Shown here piece by piece: positions 1-12,290 of a stretch of DNA of 64,000 nucleotides. Position numbers and translations under genes: made by a program. The stretch is taken from positions 49,106,001-49,170,000 of the forward strand of contig NC_087437.1 of the NCBI RefSeq assembly GCF_036321535.1, in the 5' to 3' direction. Source of the DNA: Camelus dromedarius. Taxonomy: Eukaryota. The notes beneath the pieces are model-generated. The model saw only the letters and a list, made by a program, of their open reading frames with translations. It was not told the origin of the DNA and did not search any database. The stretch's first letter is position 1. Each line of letters opens with the position of its first letter.

Positions 1-814
1 TATTTTGATAGTGACTGCATTGAATTTGAAGATTGCCTTAGGTAGTGTGTTCATTTTAACAATATTAATTGTTCTAATCCATGAGCACAGTAAACCTTTT
101 TATCTCTTTGTGTTGTCCTCAGTTTCTTTCATCAGTGTCTTATAGTTTTCCAAGTACAGGTCTTTTACCACCTCGGTTAGATTTATTCCTAGGTATTTTA
201 TTCTTTTTGATGCAGTTGTAAATGGGATTGTTTTCTTAATTTCTCTTTCTGGTAGTTTGTTGTTAGTGTATAGAAATGCAACAGGTTTTTGTTATTAATC
301 TTATATCTTACAGCTTTACTGAATCATTGACAAGTTCCAGTAGTTTTTTGGTGGTGTCTTTAGGATTTTCTGTCTATAGTATCATGTCTTCTACAAATAG
401 TGACTGTTTTACTTCTTCCTTTCCAATTTGGGTTTCTTTTATTTCTTGTCTGATTGCTGTGGCTAGTGCTTCCAATACTATGTTGAGAAAAGTAGTGAGA
501 ATAGGCATCCTTGTCTTGTTCCTGATCTTAGAGTAAATGCTTTCAGCTTTTCATAATTGAGTATGATATTAGTTGTGGGATTATTATTTGTGGCTTTTGT
601 TATGTTGAAGTATGTTCTTTCTATACCGACTTAAAGAATATTTATCATGGATAGATGTTGAATTTTGTCAAAAGGTTTTCTGTATCTATTGAGATGATCA
701 TATGACTTTTATCCATCAGTTTGTTAATGTGGTGCATCACATTGATTTGCAGATATTGAAACATCATTGCATCCCTAGGATAAATTCCATTGATTGTGGT
801 GTATGATCCTTTTT

Positions 815-898
815 AAAAAATGTATGTTAATTTGGTAATTGAAGTATAGTTGATTTACAATATTGTGTTACTTCTAGATGTACAGCAAAGTGATTCAG

Positions 899-947
<49 letters not shown>

Positions 948-1015
948 TTTTTTTCTTTTTCAGATTCTTTTCCATTATAGGTTATTACAAGAATACAGTT
1001 CCCTGTGCTATACAA
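815..1015 (-). mobile_element. 5'-truncated L1 3'-end tag nested in the older L1, containing (TA)n
   Basis: TTGAAGTATAGTTGATTTACAATATTGTG...CCCTGTGCTATACA is an L1 3'UTR terminus. It is flanked by the 14-bp direct repeat GTATGATCCTTTTT at 801-814 and 1016-1029. Confidence 0.9.
904..943. repeat. (TA)n microsatellite
   Basis: Direct reading, about 20 units. Confidence 0.98.
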
Positions 1016-2163
1016 GTATGATCCTTTTTTATGTATTGTTGAGTTTAGTTGGCTAATAATTTGTTGAGGATTTTTCCATCTGTATTCATTAGTGATATTG
1101 GCCTGTAATTTTCTTTTTTCATGGTATCTTTGTCTGGTTTTGGTATCAAGATGATGCTGGCCTTGTAGAATGAGTTTGGAAGCATTTCATCCTCTACAAT
1201 TTTTTTGGAATAGTTTGAGAAGGAGAGGTGTTAACTTTTCTCCAAATGTTTGGTAATATTTACCTGTGAAGTCATCTGATCTTTGGTTTGTTGGGAGTGT
1301 TTTTTAATATTACTAATTCAATTTCATTACTGGTGGTTGGTTTGTTTATATTTTCTATTTCTTTCTGGTTCAGTATTAGGAGATTATGAATTGTCCATTT
1401 TTTCTAGGTTGTCCATTTTATTGGCATATACTTTTTTTTGTAGTAATCTCTTGCGATCCTTTGTCTTTCTGTGTTGGCTATAACTTTTCATTTCTCATTT
1501 TATTGATTTTGGGCTTGATGCATCTAGTTAAAAGTTTATCAATTTTGTTTATCTTTTTAATAAATCATCTCTTAATTTCATTGATTTTTCCTACTTCTTT
1601 TGTTTCTATTTTATTTATTTCTGCTCTGATCTTTATGATTTCTTTCCTTTTACTAATGTTGAGGGTTTTTTTTTTTTTTTTTTTTTTGGTTCTTCCTTTT
1701 CTAGTTCCTTTAGGTACAAGGTTAGTTTGTTTATTTGAGATTTTTCTTGTTTCCTGAGGTAAGCTTGTATTGCTATAAACTTCCCTCTTAGAACTGCTTT
1801 ACTGTGTCCCACAGATTTTGGATCATTGTTGTTGTTGTTGTTGTTGTTGTCTCCAGTTATTTTTTTATTTCTTCAGTGTTCCATTTGTTGTTTAGTGGCA
1901 TATTGTTTAGCCTCCACATACTTGTGGCTTTCAGAGGTTTTTTCTTGTCATTAGTTTCTAATCTCATGGCATTGTGGTCAGGAAAGATGCTTGATATGAT
2001 TTCAATCTTCTTAAATTTACTGAGACTTGCTTTGAGGGCTAGTATGTGATCTATCCTGGAAAATGTTCCATGTGCACTTGAAAAAAAAAAAGTGTATTTG
2101 GCTGATTTTTGGATGGAATTTTTTTATATATATATAAATATATATATATAAATAAATTATATA

Positions 2164-2194
<31 letters not shown>

Positions 2195-3111
2195 GTATGT
2201 TAACTCTGATCTAATGTGTCATTTAAGGCCTGTGTTTCCATATTGATTTCTGTCTGGATGATCTGTCAATTGATGTAAGTGGGATATTAAAGTCCCCTAT
2301 TATTATATTAGTTTCAATTTCTTCCTTTATGTCTGATAATATTTGCTTTATGTACTTACCTGCTCCTTTGTTGGGTGCATATACATTTACAATTGTTATA
2401 TCTTCTTAGATTGATCCCTTGATTATCATTAATGTCTTTCTTTGTCTCTTGTTACAGTTTTTGTCTTAAAGTCTATTGTGTATGATACAAGTATTGCTAC
2501 ACTGCTTTCTTTTTATTTCCTTTTTCCATTCCCTTACTTTCAATCTGTGCCTTTAGATCTGAAGTGTCTCATAGACAGCATGTATATGGGTCTTGTTTTT
2601 GTATCCATTCAGCTACTCTGTCTTTTGATTGTGCATTTAGCACATTTACATTTAAAACAATTATTGATAAGTATGTTCTTATTGCCATTTTAAAAATTTA
2701 TTTTGAGTTTTTTTAGTTGTTTCTTTCTTCTTTTGCTCTCTTCCCTTGTGATTTGATTACTATCTTTAGTGTTATATTTGGATTCCTTTCTCTTTTTTGT
2801 GTATCTGTCCTAGATTTTTGGTTTGTGGTTACCATGAGGTGTGTGTGTGTATGTAATCTATACTTATGTGAATATTTTATGATGCTGATTTCTTAAGTTC
2901 AAACACATTTTAGCAATGCTGCATTCCCCTACTTTACTGTTTTGACATCATATTTTATATCTTTTTGTGTACCCCTTAAATATTAACCAGGGATATGTAT
3001 TATTTTACTACATTGTCTTTTAATCTTCCTAGCTTTGAGTGGTTGATCTACTACTTTTACTGTATTTTTTACATTCCCAATGAGGCTTTTCCTTTTATAA
3101 TTTTCATATTT

Positions 3112-4100
3112 CTAGCTGTGGCCTTTCCTTCTTCGCTTAGAGAAGCCCTTTAACATCTCTTCTAAAGCTGGTTTGGTGGTGCTGAACTCTCTTAGCTTTT
3201 GCTTATCTGTAAAACTTTTGATCTTGCCATCAAATCTGAATGAAAGTCTTGCTGGGTAGAGTTTTCTTTGTTGTAGGTTTTCCCCTTTTATCACTTTTAA
3301 TATATTGTGCTACTCCCTTCTGGCCTGCAGAGTTTCTACTGAAAAGTCAACGGATAGCTTTATGAGACTCCCTTTGTAAGTAACTTCTTGCTTTTCCCTT
3401 GCTGCTTTAATAGTCTCTTTAATTTTTGCCATTTTAATATAGTGTCTCAGTGTGTTCTTCTTTGGATTTATCTTGTGTAGGAATCTCTGTGATACCTGGA
3501 CCTGGATGTCTGTTTTCTTTCCTATGTTAGGGAAGTTCTTAGCTTGTTTTCTTTCCTAGGTTGGGGAAGTTTTTAGCTATTATGTCTTCAGATATGTTCT
3601 GAGCCACTTTTTCTCTCTGTTTTCCTTCTGAGACCACTATAATGCAAATATTAGTGTAGTCACTGTTGTCTCAGAAGTTTCTTAAGCTGTCCCCATTTCT
3701 TTTTATTCTTTTTTTTCTTCAGCTTCTGTGACTTCCATTACTCTATCTTCCAGCTCACTCATCCATTCCTTTGTGTCATCTACTTTACTTTTGATTCCTC
3801 CTAGTGTATTTTTCACTTCAGTCATTGTATTCTTTATTTGTTTGATTCTTTCTTTATATTTTCAAACTCTTTGTTAAAAACTTCCAACTTCTCGCTCTGT
3901 TCATCCATCTTTCTCCTGAGTTCTTTGAGCATCATTAAGATCATTACTTTGAACTCTTTATTAGGTGGTTTGTTTATGTTCACTTTACTTCGTTTTTCTT
4001 GGGCTTTATCGTGTTCCTTCATTTGCAATATAGTTCTCTGTCACTGTATTTTGCCTACTTTGCTATTTTTATTTCAATGTGTTTGGTTGGTTGGTTGTTT
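3112..4100 (-). pseudogene. Disrupted L1 ORF1p
   Basis: ORF-track fragments 3834-4028 (N-terminal/coiled coil) and 3112-3294 (C-terminal YPARLSF and REF..TKPAL motifs), separated by stops and frameshifts. Confidence 0.9.
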
Positions 4101-5658
4101 TCTAGCCTTGGAGAAGTAGCCTTTTGTAGGAAATGCCTTTTGTAGGAGACATCCTTTGTGTTCCAGCAGCACACATTCCCTCTGGTCACCAGAGCTATAT
4201 GCTTTAGGGGTGGCCTGGATCCTTCTGTTATGGTGAGTTCACTACTGAGTTGAGTACTTTCAGTGGTCTAACGGGTGTGGCTGGCCCATGGTCTGGATGG
4301 TTGTCAGGCCCTGCCTGGTGTAGAGGATGCCAGCCTCTGGTGTGTGGGGTTGGGTCATGAGGAGGCTGGCTGCAGAGCCTTCAGGGGTTCTGGGGCTAGT
4401 GCTAGCCCACTAGTGGGCAGAGCCAGGTTTCAGGGTGGATAATTGTGGGATCAAGGGTCCCAAATCTAGTACCAGTCTGCTGGTGGATGAGTCTGGTTCT
4501 TGACATGGCTAACCTCAGGGTCTGTGGTGTCCTAAAGCTGGTGTCAGCTTGCTGGTGTGTGGGGCTGAATCCAGGCTGGCTGGCCAAGTCATCCAAGTTA
4601 TCTAGGAGATGGTAGTGGCCTGCTGGTAGGTGAGTTGTGTTCTGACATTGTAGACTATTGAGCTACAATGGTCCTTGAGCTGGTATCCACCTGCTAGTTG
4701 GCAGGGTTGGGTTCTAGTGTATCCCTGGGCTGGTGCTTGCACCCTGGTGAAACTGGTACTGGGGCTGGTACTTGTCCACTGATAGGCAGAGCCTGGGGGT
4801 TCCATATCTGGTGTCAGCCTACTGGTGGGTGAGGCCAAGAATCCACCTGCCTAGTTGCTTGGCTTGAGGCATCCCAGTACTGGTGTCAATAGGCTGGTGG
4901 GCAGAGCCAGGTCCTGGTGCTAATAAGCTAAAGGGAGGATTCCAAAATGGCATTTGCTAGCACCAGTGTCCTTGTGATAGAACAAGCTTCTAGAAATGGC
5001 TGCCAACAGTGTCTGTGTCCTCATGGTGAGCTCGAGTTGCCTCCTGCCTCTCCAGGAGCCTCTCTAAGCCTGGCACATAGATCTTACCAAGGCTCCGTTC
5101 AGATTACTGCTTCTGCCCTAGGTCCTGGAGGGTGAGATTTTGCATGCGTCCTTTAAGAGTGGAGTCTATTTCCCACAGTCCCCTGAGTCTTCAGAAAATA
5201 AGCCCCACTGTCCTTCAAAGCCAGATGTTCCTGTTGCAGGACCCCTGCCTTGGCTGGGGAGCCCAATGTGGGGCTTGGATCCCTTGCTTCTTGGGGAGAA
5301 CCTCTGAAATTGTAATTACTCTCCCATTTGAGGGTTGCCCACCCCAGGGTATGGATCTTGACCATGTCATGTCTCTGCCCCTCCTATGCATCTTTTTTGT
5401 GTTTCCATCATTGTATCTTTAGTTGTAGAAGATTTTTTTCTGCTAGTCTTCTGGTCTTTCTTACCAATAGTTGCTCTGTAAATAGTTGTGATTTTGTTGT
5501 GCCTAGGGGAGGAGGTGAGCTCAGGGTCTTCCTATTCCACCATCTTGGACACTGGGTTACATTTAAGAAAAATAGAGAAAACACCTGGAAAGGGATGCTC
5601 TGTGATACATAGATACTGTATAACAAATCGTGTTCTCTAAACACAGGTGCCTCAAAGG

Positions 5659-5850
5659 CAAGGCTGCCAGTGTAGTTGCTCAGTTTGTTCAGTGTATAAA
5701 GGTGCCTGACCAAGGGATAAGGAGGAAGCACTTTTTTATTCACTCCAAAGGGCCCTTTTCTAATTGGCCTTTCCAGAGGGGGACATTTTTTTAATGGTCT
5801 GCCCAGAGGGCAGCATCTTTTCCTCATTCTCACAAAGTACCTTAAATGCA
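5659..5850. mobile_element. hAT-Tip100 MITE, MER91-like
   Basis: CAAGGCTGCCAGTGTAGTTGCTCAGTTTGTTCAGTGTATAAAGGTGCC and GCATCTTTTTCCTCATTCTCACAAAG resemble recalled MER91 ends. Confidence 0.5.
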
Positions 5851-6681
5851 GTCCAATTGAAAGATGAGCCCTGGACTAAAAAAGGTCAGAAGGAACAACA
5901 AGACATAGTGGCTCACCTTATGACACATAGATTTGGAAAGGATATTGGAAAGGCATGTAGGAGAGATACAGCAACATAAAAGAAAACAAACCTCAGAGGA
6001 ATGGTAGGAGGAACTGTTGCTATTTAACATGAAGAGAACAGAGTAAATATTTTAAAATGTTTAAGAAATAAAAAAAAGTGAACTCTTTACAAAGAACAGA
6101 ATGACTTGTTGCTCTGTAACTTCATCCCAAAGGGATCAGTAGTGCTTTATTGAAGGAACAGAATCACTTCCTGACAATGAGGACTATTAACATTAGAGGC
6201 TGTGATACAGCCTCTCCAAGAGACTTTACAAAGAAGAATATTAGTTGACTTTCCCTTTAGATATGACAGGGTTAACTAAAGGTTTCCAAATAAAAAAGTT
6301 TTGTTTTGTTGTTCATTTGGTGAAGAGAAAGTCTGGGAGCCCCGTGACTTGCATGGAGGCTGAGTTCTGGAGTTCGTCTACAGTGAGGAGATTCCTCAGT
6401 GCTCACAAACGGCTGGGCAGAGAGCTGCTGACGATGCTGAGAGCCATGGGTCCAGGGATTAGGAGATCATTTATGCTAGAACAAATATCTCTCTTTGAAA
6501 AAATGTTTTTTCTTTTTTCTCTTCTACTTTCATTTCCTACAGTCAAAAATCTAGTTTTTTGCTGGTACAGTTGCATTTGTTTGAAAGTTTAATAGGTAGT
6601 AACTACAGTTATTATCATCTGAATTTCCCACTCTGGGCACACAGTGTTATTCTGTTTCCAGAATATGCTTCTTATCTTTTC

Positions 6682-6815
6682 TTACATTCATTTGTTCTTG
6701 GATTCATTCAATAAATATTAGATTTGTGTATGTGTCAGTAATGTGCTGGTCATTGACGATTATTAAATAGTGAATTAGATATGATCCCTACCCTTAAGAA
6801 ATTCACGTTTTAGAG
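6682..6815 (-). mobile_element. L2 3' end
   Basis: TTCATTCAATAAATATT...GTGTCAGTAATGTGCTGG...ATGATCCCTACCCTTAAG resembles the reverse L2 tail. Confidence 0.7.
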
Positions 6816-7124
6816 GAACAAGAGGCAAGAAAACAAAACTGTTGGCTAGACCAGATGCTCATATACTAAAATGGTTGCCTGCATCTGTCAGATATTGAGG
6901 TTCTATCTAGTGCACCCACCCAGGTACTTACTTGGTTCTACGCATACATTTTCACTTATTACTTTATATACACAACGTATGTATGTATATGTACACACAC
7001 TACACTATATATACATCTTGAGTGTGTGTATACATATATACACAGTGTGCACATCACTATCATCTATCCAATTATCCATCTCTGTCTAATCTATCTTGTC
7101 TGTAAACTAAAATTTAAGTTAAAT

Positions 7125-7335
7125 AATAACTAATGTTTTATGGGTAATTTACTACATGTTCAATATTGTTCTAAGTGCTTCACATGTAATCCTATTATTT
7201 ATTCCTTACAGCAATCTCTGAGTGTTGGTCCAATTATTATCTGTATTTGAGCACTGTGAGGTTAGGTGACTTGCCTAAAATTACAAAGCTAAAAAGCTGC
7301 AAAGCCAGGATTTGAACCCAGAAGTCTGACTTGAG
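7125..7335 (-). mobile_element. MIR SINE
   Basis: GAGGTTAGGTGACTTGCCTAAAATTACA...AGCCAGGATTTGAACCCAGAAGTCTGACT is a reverse MIR core/head. Confidence 0.85.
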
Positions 7336-7399
7336 TCTACAAAGAACTTTAGGTTATATTATCTCATCTAATCCTTGTGGGAGCTCTGACCAGCAGGCA

Positions 7400-7433
<34 letters not shown>

Positions 7434-8435
7434 CCATTTTAGAGATCAAGACCATGGTTTGTTGACAGAGGGATATAGTTTTAGGAATTTCACTTCTGCA
7501 AGGACAAAATAGATGATACTTGCTGGCAACAATACTGAGGGTGTAATACAATTTAAATGTTTGATTGTAAGAGTTTAGTTGTTGCTAAATACATCCAGAG
7601 CATTAGGAGAGCAGCAGTAAGATGACCCCTTTAGATGCTCTCTCAGAATGGTCTATGGTTGTTTAATCCTAACCCCAGGTATGCAGAGCCACCTGCCTAA
7701 GAGGAAAATTTAGGGGGGAGATTTGCTTATATTCGAACATGGCAATGCTCAAATCATAAACGTTGCCTCTCCTAACTGGTATTCATTTCAGTTCTTTTGG
7801 CTTTTGATAAATATTTGTTGAATGTTAAAGCACTTGCATCCAGATTTAAGACTTTTGACTCATTTCTAGACTTTCTCCTCTCCTTTCCATCTCATTGAAA
7901 TCCCTCCCAATTCCGATGGCTGCTTCCTTTGTAAAAGGTCTTGAGTTCCTTCATACTCAGTTCTGTCACGAAGTCTGTTCTCAGTGTTATACATGGCTTA
8001 CAGAGAATGAGAAGAAAATACAAAATGAAGACTTTCATTGGTACAGGTGACAGAATGGTGGACAATTATTTTTCTTTATTTTAAAAATCTTGATATAATG
8101 AAAATTTTATGTAATAACTAGAAAATTTAAAATAATATCACTGAAATTATGTTAATACTATTTGTATAAAAAAATAGCAGTTTAAAGCAGACTGTCTTAC
8201 ACTTAGCTAATGCTATTTACCTGGGACAAAAAATGGAGCAGTCTCACCATGAATGGCAGATCATTTGCTGAAAGAGATCTAGAGAATGAGACCTTAGATA
8301 AATGAGATTTTACTTATGTTAACATCCCCCAAGTTTCCGAACTAAGAATCGGAAGGTAGATCCTTGGTAATATATAGCATAGCTCCTTCCCCCATCACCT
8401 GCTGTAGGATCTCTTTTACATCTTGAAAAGGTTGG

Positions 8436-8837
8436 TGTTATGGGCTCAATAGTGTCCCCCCAAATATGTACATTGAAGCCCTAACCCCCAGCACCTCAGA
8501 ATGAGGGTGTATTTGGAGAGAGGGCCATTAAAGAGGTGATTAAGTTAAAATGAGGCCATTAGAGCGGGCCCTTCTAATCTGCCTGGTGTCCTTATAAGGA
8601 GAGGAGATTTAGACTCACAAAGGCACACAGGGTTCTGTGTGCATAGAGGAAAGACCATGTGAGGACTCAGCAAGATGGCCGCCTACAGACTAAGGAGAGA
8701 GGCCTCAGAAGAAACCAGTCATTCTGACATCTGGATCTTGGACTTCTAGCTTCCTTACCTGTGAGAAAATAAATTTCTGTTATTTAAGCCACCCAGTCTA
8801 TGGTATTTGATTATGTACGCCCTAAGCAAACTAATTC
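8436..8837 (+). mobile_element. MaLR solo LTR (MLT1B-like)
   Basis: TGTTATGGG start, GTCCTTATAAG, GAGGCCTCAGAAGAAACC, AATAAATTTCTGTTATTTAAGCCACCCAGTCTATGG, CAAACTAAT end; about 400 bp. Confidence 0.92.
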
Positions 8838-8939
8838 TGGCTTTATTTAAACTTCTCCAATTACAGACAACTTATGACCTCTGGATGCCACCCAGTTTTA
8901 TATTTGGCCTACATTAATTATTTTATAGCTCTTTCTAAT

Positions 8940-11281
8940 TTTTTTTTAACATTTTTTAATGATTTATAATCATTTTACAATGTCATGTCAAATTCCAGTG
9001 AAGAGCACAATTTTTCAGTTATACATGAACATATATATATTCATTGTCACATTTTTTTCTCTGTGAGCTACCATAAGATTTTGTGTATATTTCCTGTGCT
9101 ATACAGTATAATCTTGTTTATCTATTCTACAATTTTGAAATCCCGTCTATCCCTTCCCACCCTCTGACCCCTTGGCAACCACAAGTTTGTATTCTATGTC
9201 TATGAGTCTGTTTCTGTTTTGTATTTATGCTTTGTTTGTTTGTTTGTTTTTTAGACTCCACATATGAGCAATCTCATATGGTATTTTTCTTTCTCTTTCT
9301 GGCTTACTTCACTTAGAATGACATTCTCCAGGAGCATCCATGTTGCTGCAAATGGCATTATGTTGTCGGGTTTTATGGCTGAGTAGTATTCCATTGTATA
9401 AATATACCACCTCTTCTTTATCCAGTCATCCATTGATGGACATTTAGGCTGTCTCCATGTCTTGGAGACACTATTATAAATAGTGCTGCTATGAACATTG
9501 GGGTGCAGGTGTCATCCTGAAGTAGGGTTCCTTCTGGATATATGCACAGGAGCGGGGTTCCTGGGTCATACGGTAAGTCTATTCCTAGTCTTTTGAGGAA
9601 TCTCCATACTGTTTTCCACAGTGGCTGCACCAAACTGCATTCCCACCAGCAGTGTAGGAGGGTTCCCCTTTCTCCACAGCCTCTCCAGCGTTTGTCATTT
9701 GTGGACTTTTGAATGATGGCCATTCTGACTGGTGTGAGGTGATACCTCATTGTAGTTTTGATTTGCATTTCTCTGATAATTAGTGATATTGAGCATTTTT
9801 TCATGTGCCTATTGATCATTTGTATGTCTTCCTTGGAGAATTGCTTGTTTAGGTCTTTTGCCCATTTTTGGATTGGATTGTTTTGTTGTTTCTTATTAAG
9901 TCGTATGAACTGCTTATATATCCTGGAGATCAAGCCTTTTTCGGTTTCATTTGCAAAGATTTTCTCACATTCCGTAGGTTGTCTTTTTGTTTAACTTATG
10001 GTTTCCTTTGCTGTGCAGAAGCTTGTAAGTTTCGTTAGGTCCCATTTGTTTATTCTTGCTTTTATTTCTATTGCTTGAGTAGACTGTTGTAGGAGAACAT
10101 TTTTGAGATGTATGTTTTGCCTATATTTTCTTCTGGGAGGTTTATTGTATCTTGTCTTATGTTTAAGTCTTTGGTCCATTTTGAGTTGATTTTTGTGTGT
10201 GGTGTAAGGGAGTATTCTAGCTTCGTTGCTTTACATGCTGCTGTCCAGTTTTCCCAACACCATTTGCTGAAGAGACTGTCTTTCTTCCATTGTATATTCT
10301 TGCCTCCTTTGTTGAAGATGAGTTGACCAAAAGTTTGTGGATTCATTTCTGGGCTCTCTATTCTGTTCCATTGGTCTATATGTCTGTTTTTGTGCCGATA
10401 CCATGCTGTCTTGATGACTGTAGCTCTATAGTATTGTCTGAAGTCTGGGAGAGTTATTCCTCCAGCCTCTTTTCTTTCTCTTCAGTAATGCTTTGGCAAT
10501 TCTAGGTCTTTGATGGTTCCATATGAATTTTATTATGATTTGTTCTAGTTCTGTGAAATATGTCCTGGGTAATTGGATAGGGATTGCATTCAATCTGTAG
10601 ATTGCCTTGGGCAGTGTGACCATTTTAACAATATTGATTCTTCCAATCCAAGAGCATGGGATATCTTTCCATTTTTTAAAGTCTTCTTTAATTTCCTTCA
10701 TCAATGGTTTATAGTTTTCTGTGTATAATTCTTTCACCTCCTTGGTTAGATTTATTCCCAGATATTTTATTACTTTGGGTGCTATTTTAAAGGGGATTGT
10801 TTCTTTACTTTCTTTTTCTGTTGATTCATTGTTAGTGTAAAGAAATGCCACTGATTTTTGAACGTTAATCTTGTAACCTGCTACCTTGCTGAATTCTTTG
10901 ATCAGCTCTAGTAGTTTTTGTGTGGATGTTTTAGAGTTTTCTGTATATAGAAACATGTCGTTGGCATATAGTGACATTTTTACCTCTTCTTTTCCAATTT
11001 GGATCCCTTTTATTTCTCTCTCTTGCCTGATTGCTGTGGCTAGGACTTCCAAGACTATGTTGAATAGGAGTGGTGATAGTGGGCATCCTTGTCTTGTCCC
11101 AGATTTTAGTGGGAAGCTTTTGAGTTTTTCACCATTGAGTACTGTGCTGGCTGTAAGTTTGTCATATATAGCGTTTATGATGTTGAGATATGTTCCCTCT
11201 ATACCCACTTTGGTGAGAGTGTTTATCATAAATGGGTGTTGAATTTTATCAAATGCTTTGTCTGCATATATTGAGATGATC
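8940..11281 (-). mobile_element. Young 5'-truncated LINE-1 (2342 bp) with poly(A) and TSD
   Basis: Long near-intact ORF2 peptides. Perfect 13-bp TSD AGCTCTTTCTAAT at 8927-8939 and 11282-11294. T-tract at the left end. Confidence 0.97.
9251..11229 (-). pseudogene. L1 ORF2p RT and C-terminal region, frameshifted
   Basis: [58 protein letters not shown]...[14 protein letters not shown] and WYIYTMEYYSAIK are spread over several reading frames. Confidence 0.95.
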
Positions 11282-11974
11282 AGCTCTTTCTAATATTGAA
11301 CTAACTTTTCTGTTTTATAACTTTTCAAGGGGCCTGATACTAGCCTCTCGAGTCACATAAAATAATGTTTTTTTTAAATGATATTTTTTAAATATCTGAA
11401 GGTAATTATTTTCCTAATTTGACTTGTTTTTTCCAGAAATATTCCCCACTCCCAGCTCCTTTCATGGTCTTCATATGCTGTGTTTCCAAGCCCTGTCTTT
11501 ATGATGATCCTGTTTTTTTTAATCTTATAAATACTCCTTTTGTGGACACATTGAGAAAGTTTCCAGGTGGGATATTTTGATCACTGATGTGCCAAATAGG
11601 CCTATTTCTTTTAGGGAGGATGAAATTTATGGTGAAAAGAGGGAGCCAGCCATGTGTATAATTTTTTTTCCTTAGATGTATAAACCAGAGGAGTAATCAC
11701 ATGCTTAAAGTAGAAGCGTGGAGAATCAGCACCTTGACTCCTTACTCTAGGCAAAACTATCATGGTGTGCTCGTAGACAGAAACCTACTTTTCTCTACCA
11801 CATGTAATTCGAATTTAACTTGTAGCTAAGGACAATTAATATGTTTGGTGATGTATTTCACTTTAAAACTCTTTAAAAATATATATATTACTATATATTT
11901 AGAAGTAATTATAACCATAGTATTAATTTGACTTTTTGTCATTTTTGTGGGTTTATTCATCCTCATTTTAAAAT

Positions 11975-12290
11975 ATTTATTTATTTATTATTGAAGTATA
12001 ATTGTCCTATAACACTGTTTGTTCCAGGTGTACAATATAGAGGTTCAATTTTTCTTTATGTTACAAAATGGTCACCATAATTCTCATTACCACCTGTTAC
12101 CATACAAAGTTATTACAATATTATTGACTATAGTCCCGATGCTATGCATTTCATCCCTGTGACTCATTTATTGTATAACTGGAAGTTTGTACCTCTTAAT
12201 TTTCCTCACCTATATCACTCCTCCTCTGACCCTTCTTCCCTCTGGCAACCACCTGTTTGTTCTCTGTATTTATGAGTCTGTTCCTGTTTT
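11975..12290 (-). mobile_element. Older L1 3'UTR fragment (L1MA9-like)
   Basis: (TATT)n tail, TTGAAGTATAATTG, ACTGGAAGTTTGTACCTCTT, CTCTGGCAACCACCTGTTTGTTCTCTGTATTTATGAGTCTG. Confidence 0.85.

Larger units (their letters stand above)
1..2688 (-). pseudogene. Disrupted L1 ORF2p (endonuclease through RT)
   Basis: The minus strand from 2688 reads MAIRTYLSIIVLNVNVLNAQSKDRVAEWIQKQDPYTCCL (APE endonuclease start). The RT motif has decayed to FVEDM near 375-390. Confidence 0.9.
1..5550 (-). mobile_element. Old LINE-1 retaining 5'UTR, ORF1 and the 5' part of ORF2; runs off the window start
   Basis: Minus-strand ORF1 peptides (NKEFKVMILMMLKELRRKMDEQSEK; LYPARLSFRFDGKIKSFTDKQKLREFSTTKPAL). ORF2 start MAIRTYLSIIVLNVN at 2688. 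Bases 1-~700 align by eye with the RT region at 10570-11280. The 5' end reads CCAAGATGGTGGA at ~5548. Confidence 0.95.

Noticed and set aside
276..2693. Hydrophobic plus-strand ORFs as membrane proteins
   Set aside because: They are antisense frames of A-rich L1 ORF2, which give Phe/Leu/Ile-rich artefacts. The same holds for 9758-11242 on the + strand.
4300..4920. CRISPR-like repeat-spacer array
   Set aside because: The units are highly degenerate, lie within an L1 5'UTR in mammalian DNA and have no cas genes nearby.
5408..5833. 141-aa minus-strand ORF
   Set aside because: It spans a MER91-like element and the L1 5' end and has no recognisable homology.
10426..11229. Reverse transcriptase ORF as a retron, DGR or other novel RT system
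   Set aside because: It has canonical LINE-1 ORF2 motifs, sits in a TSD-flanked 5'-truncated copy, is frameshifted downstream and has a mutated catalytic motif.
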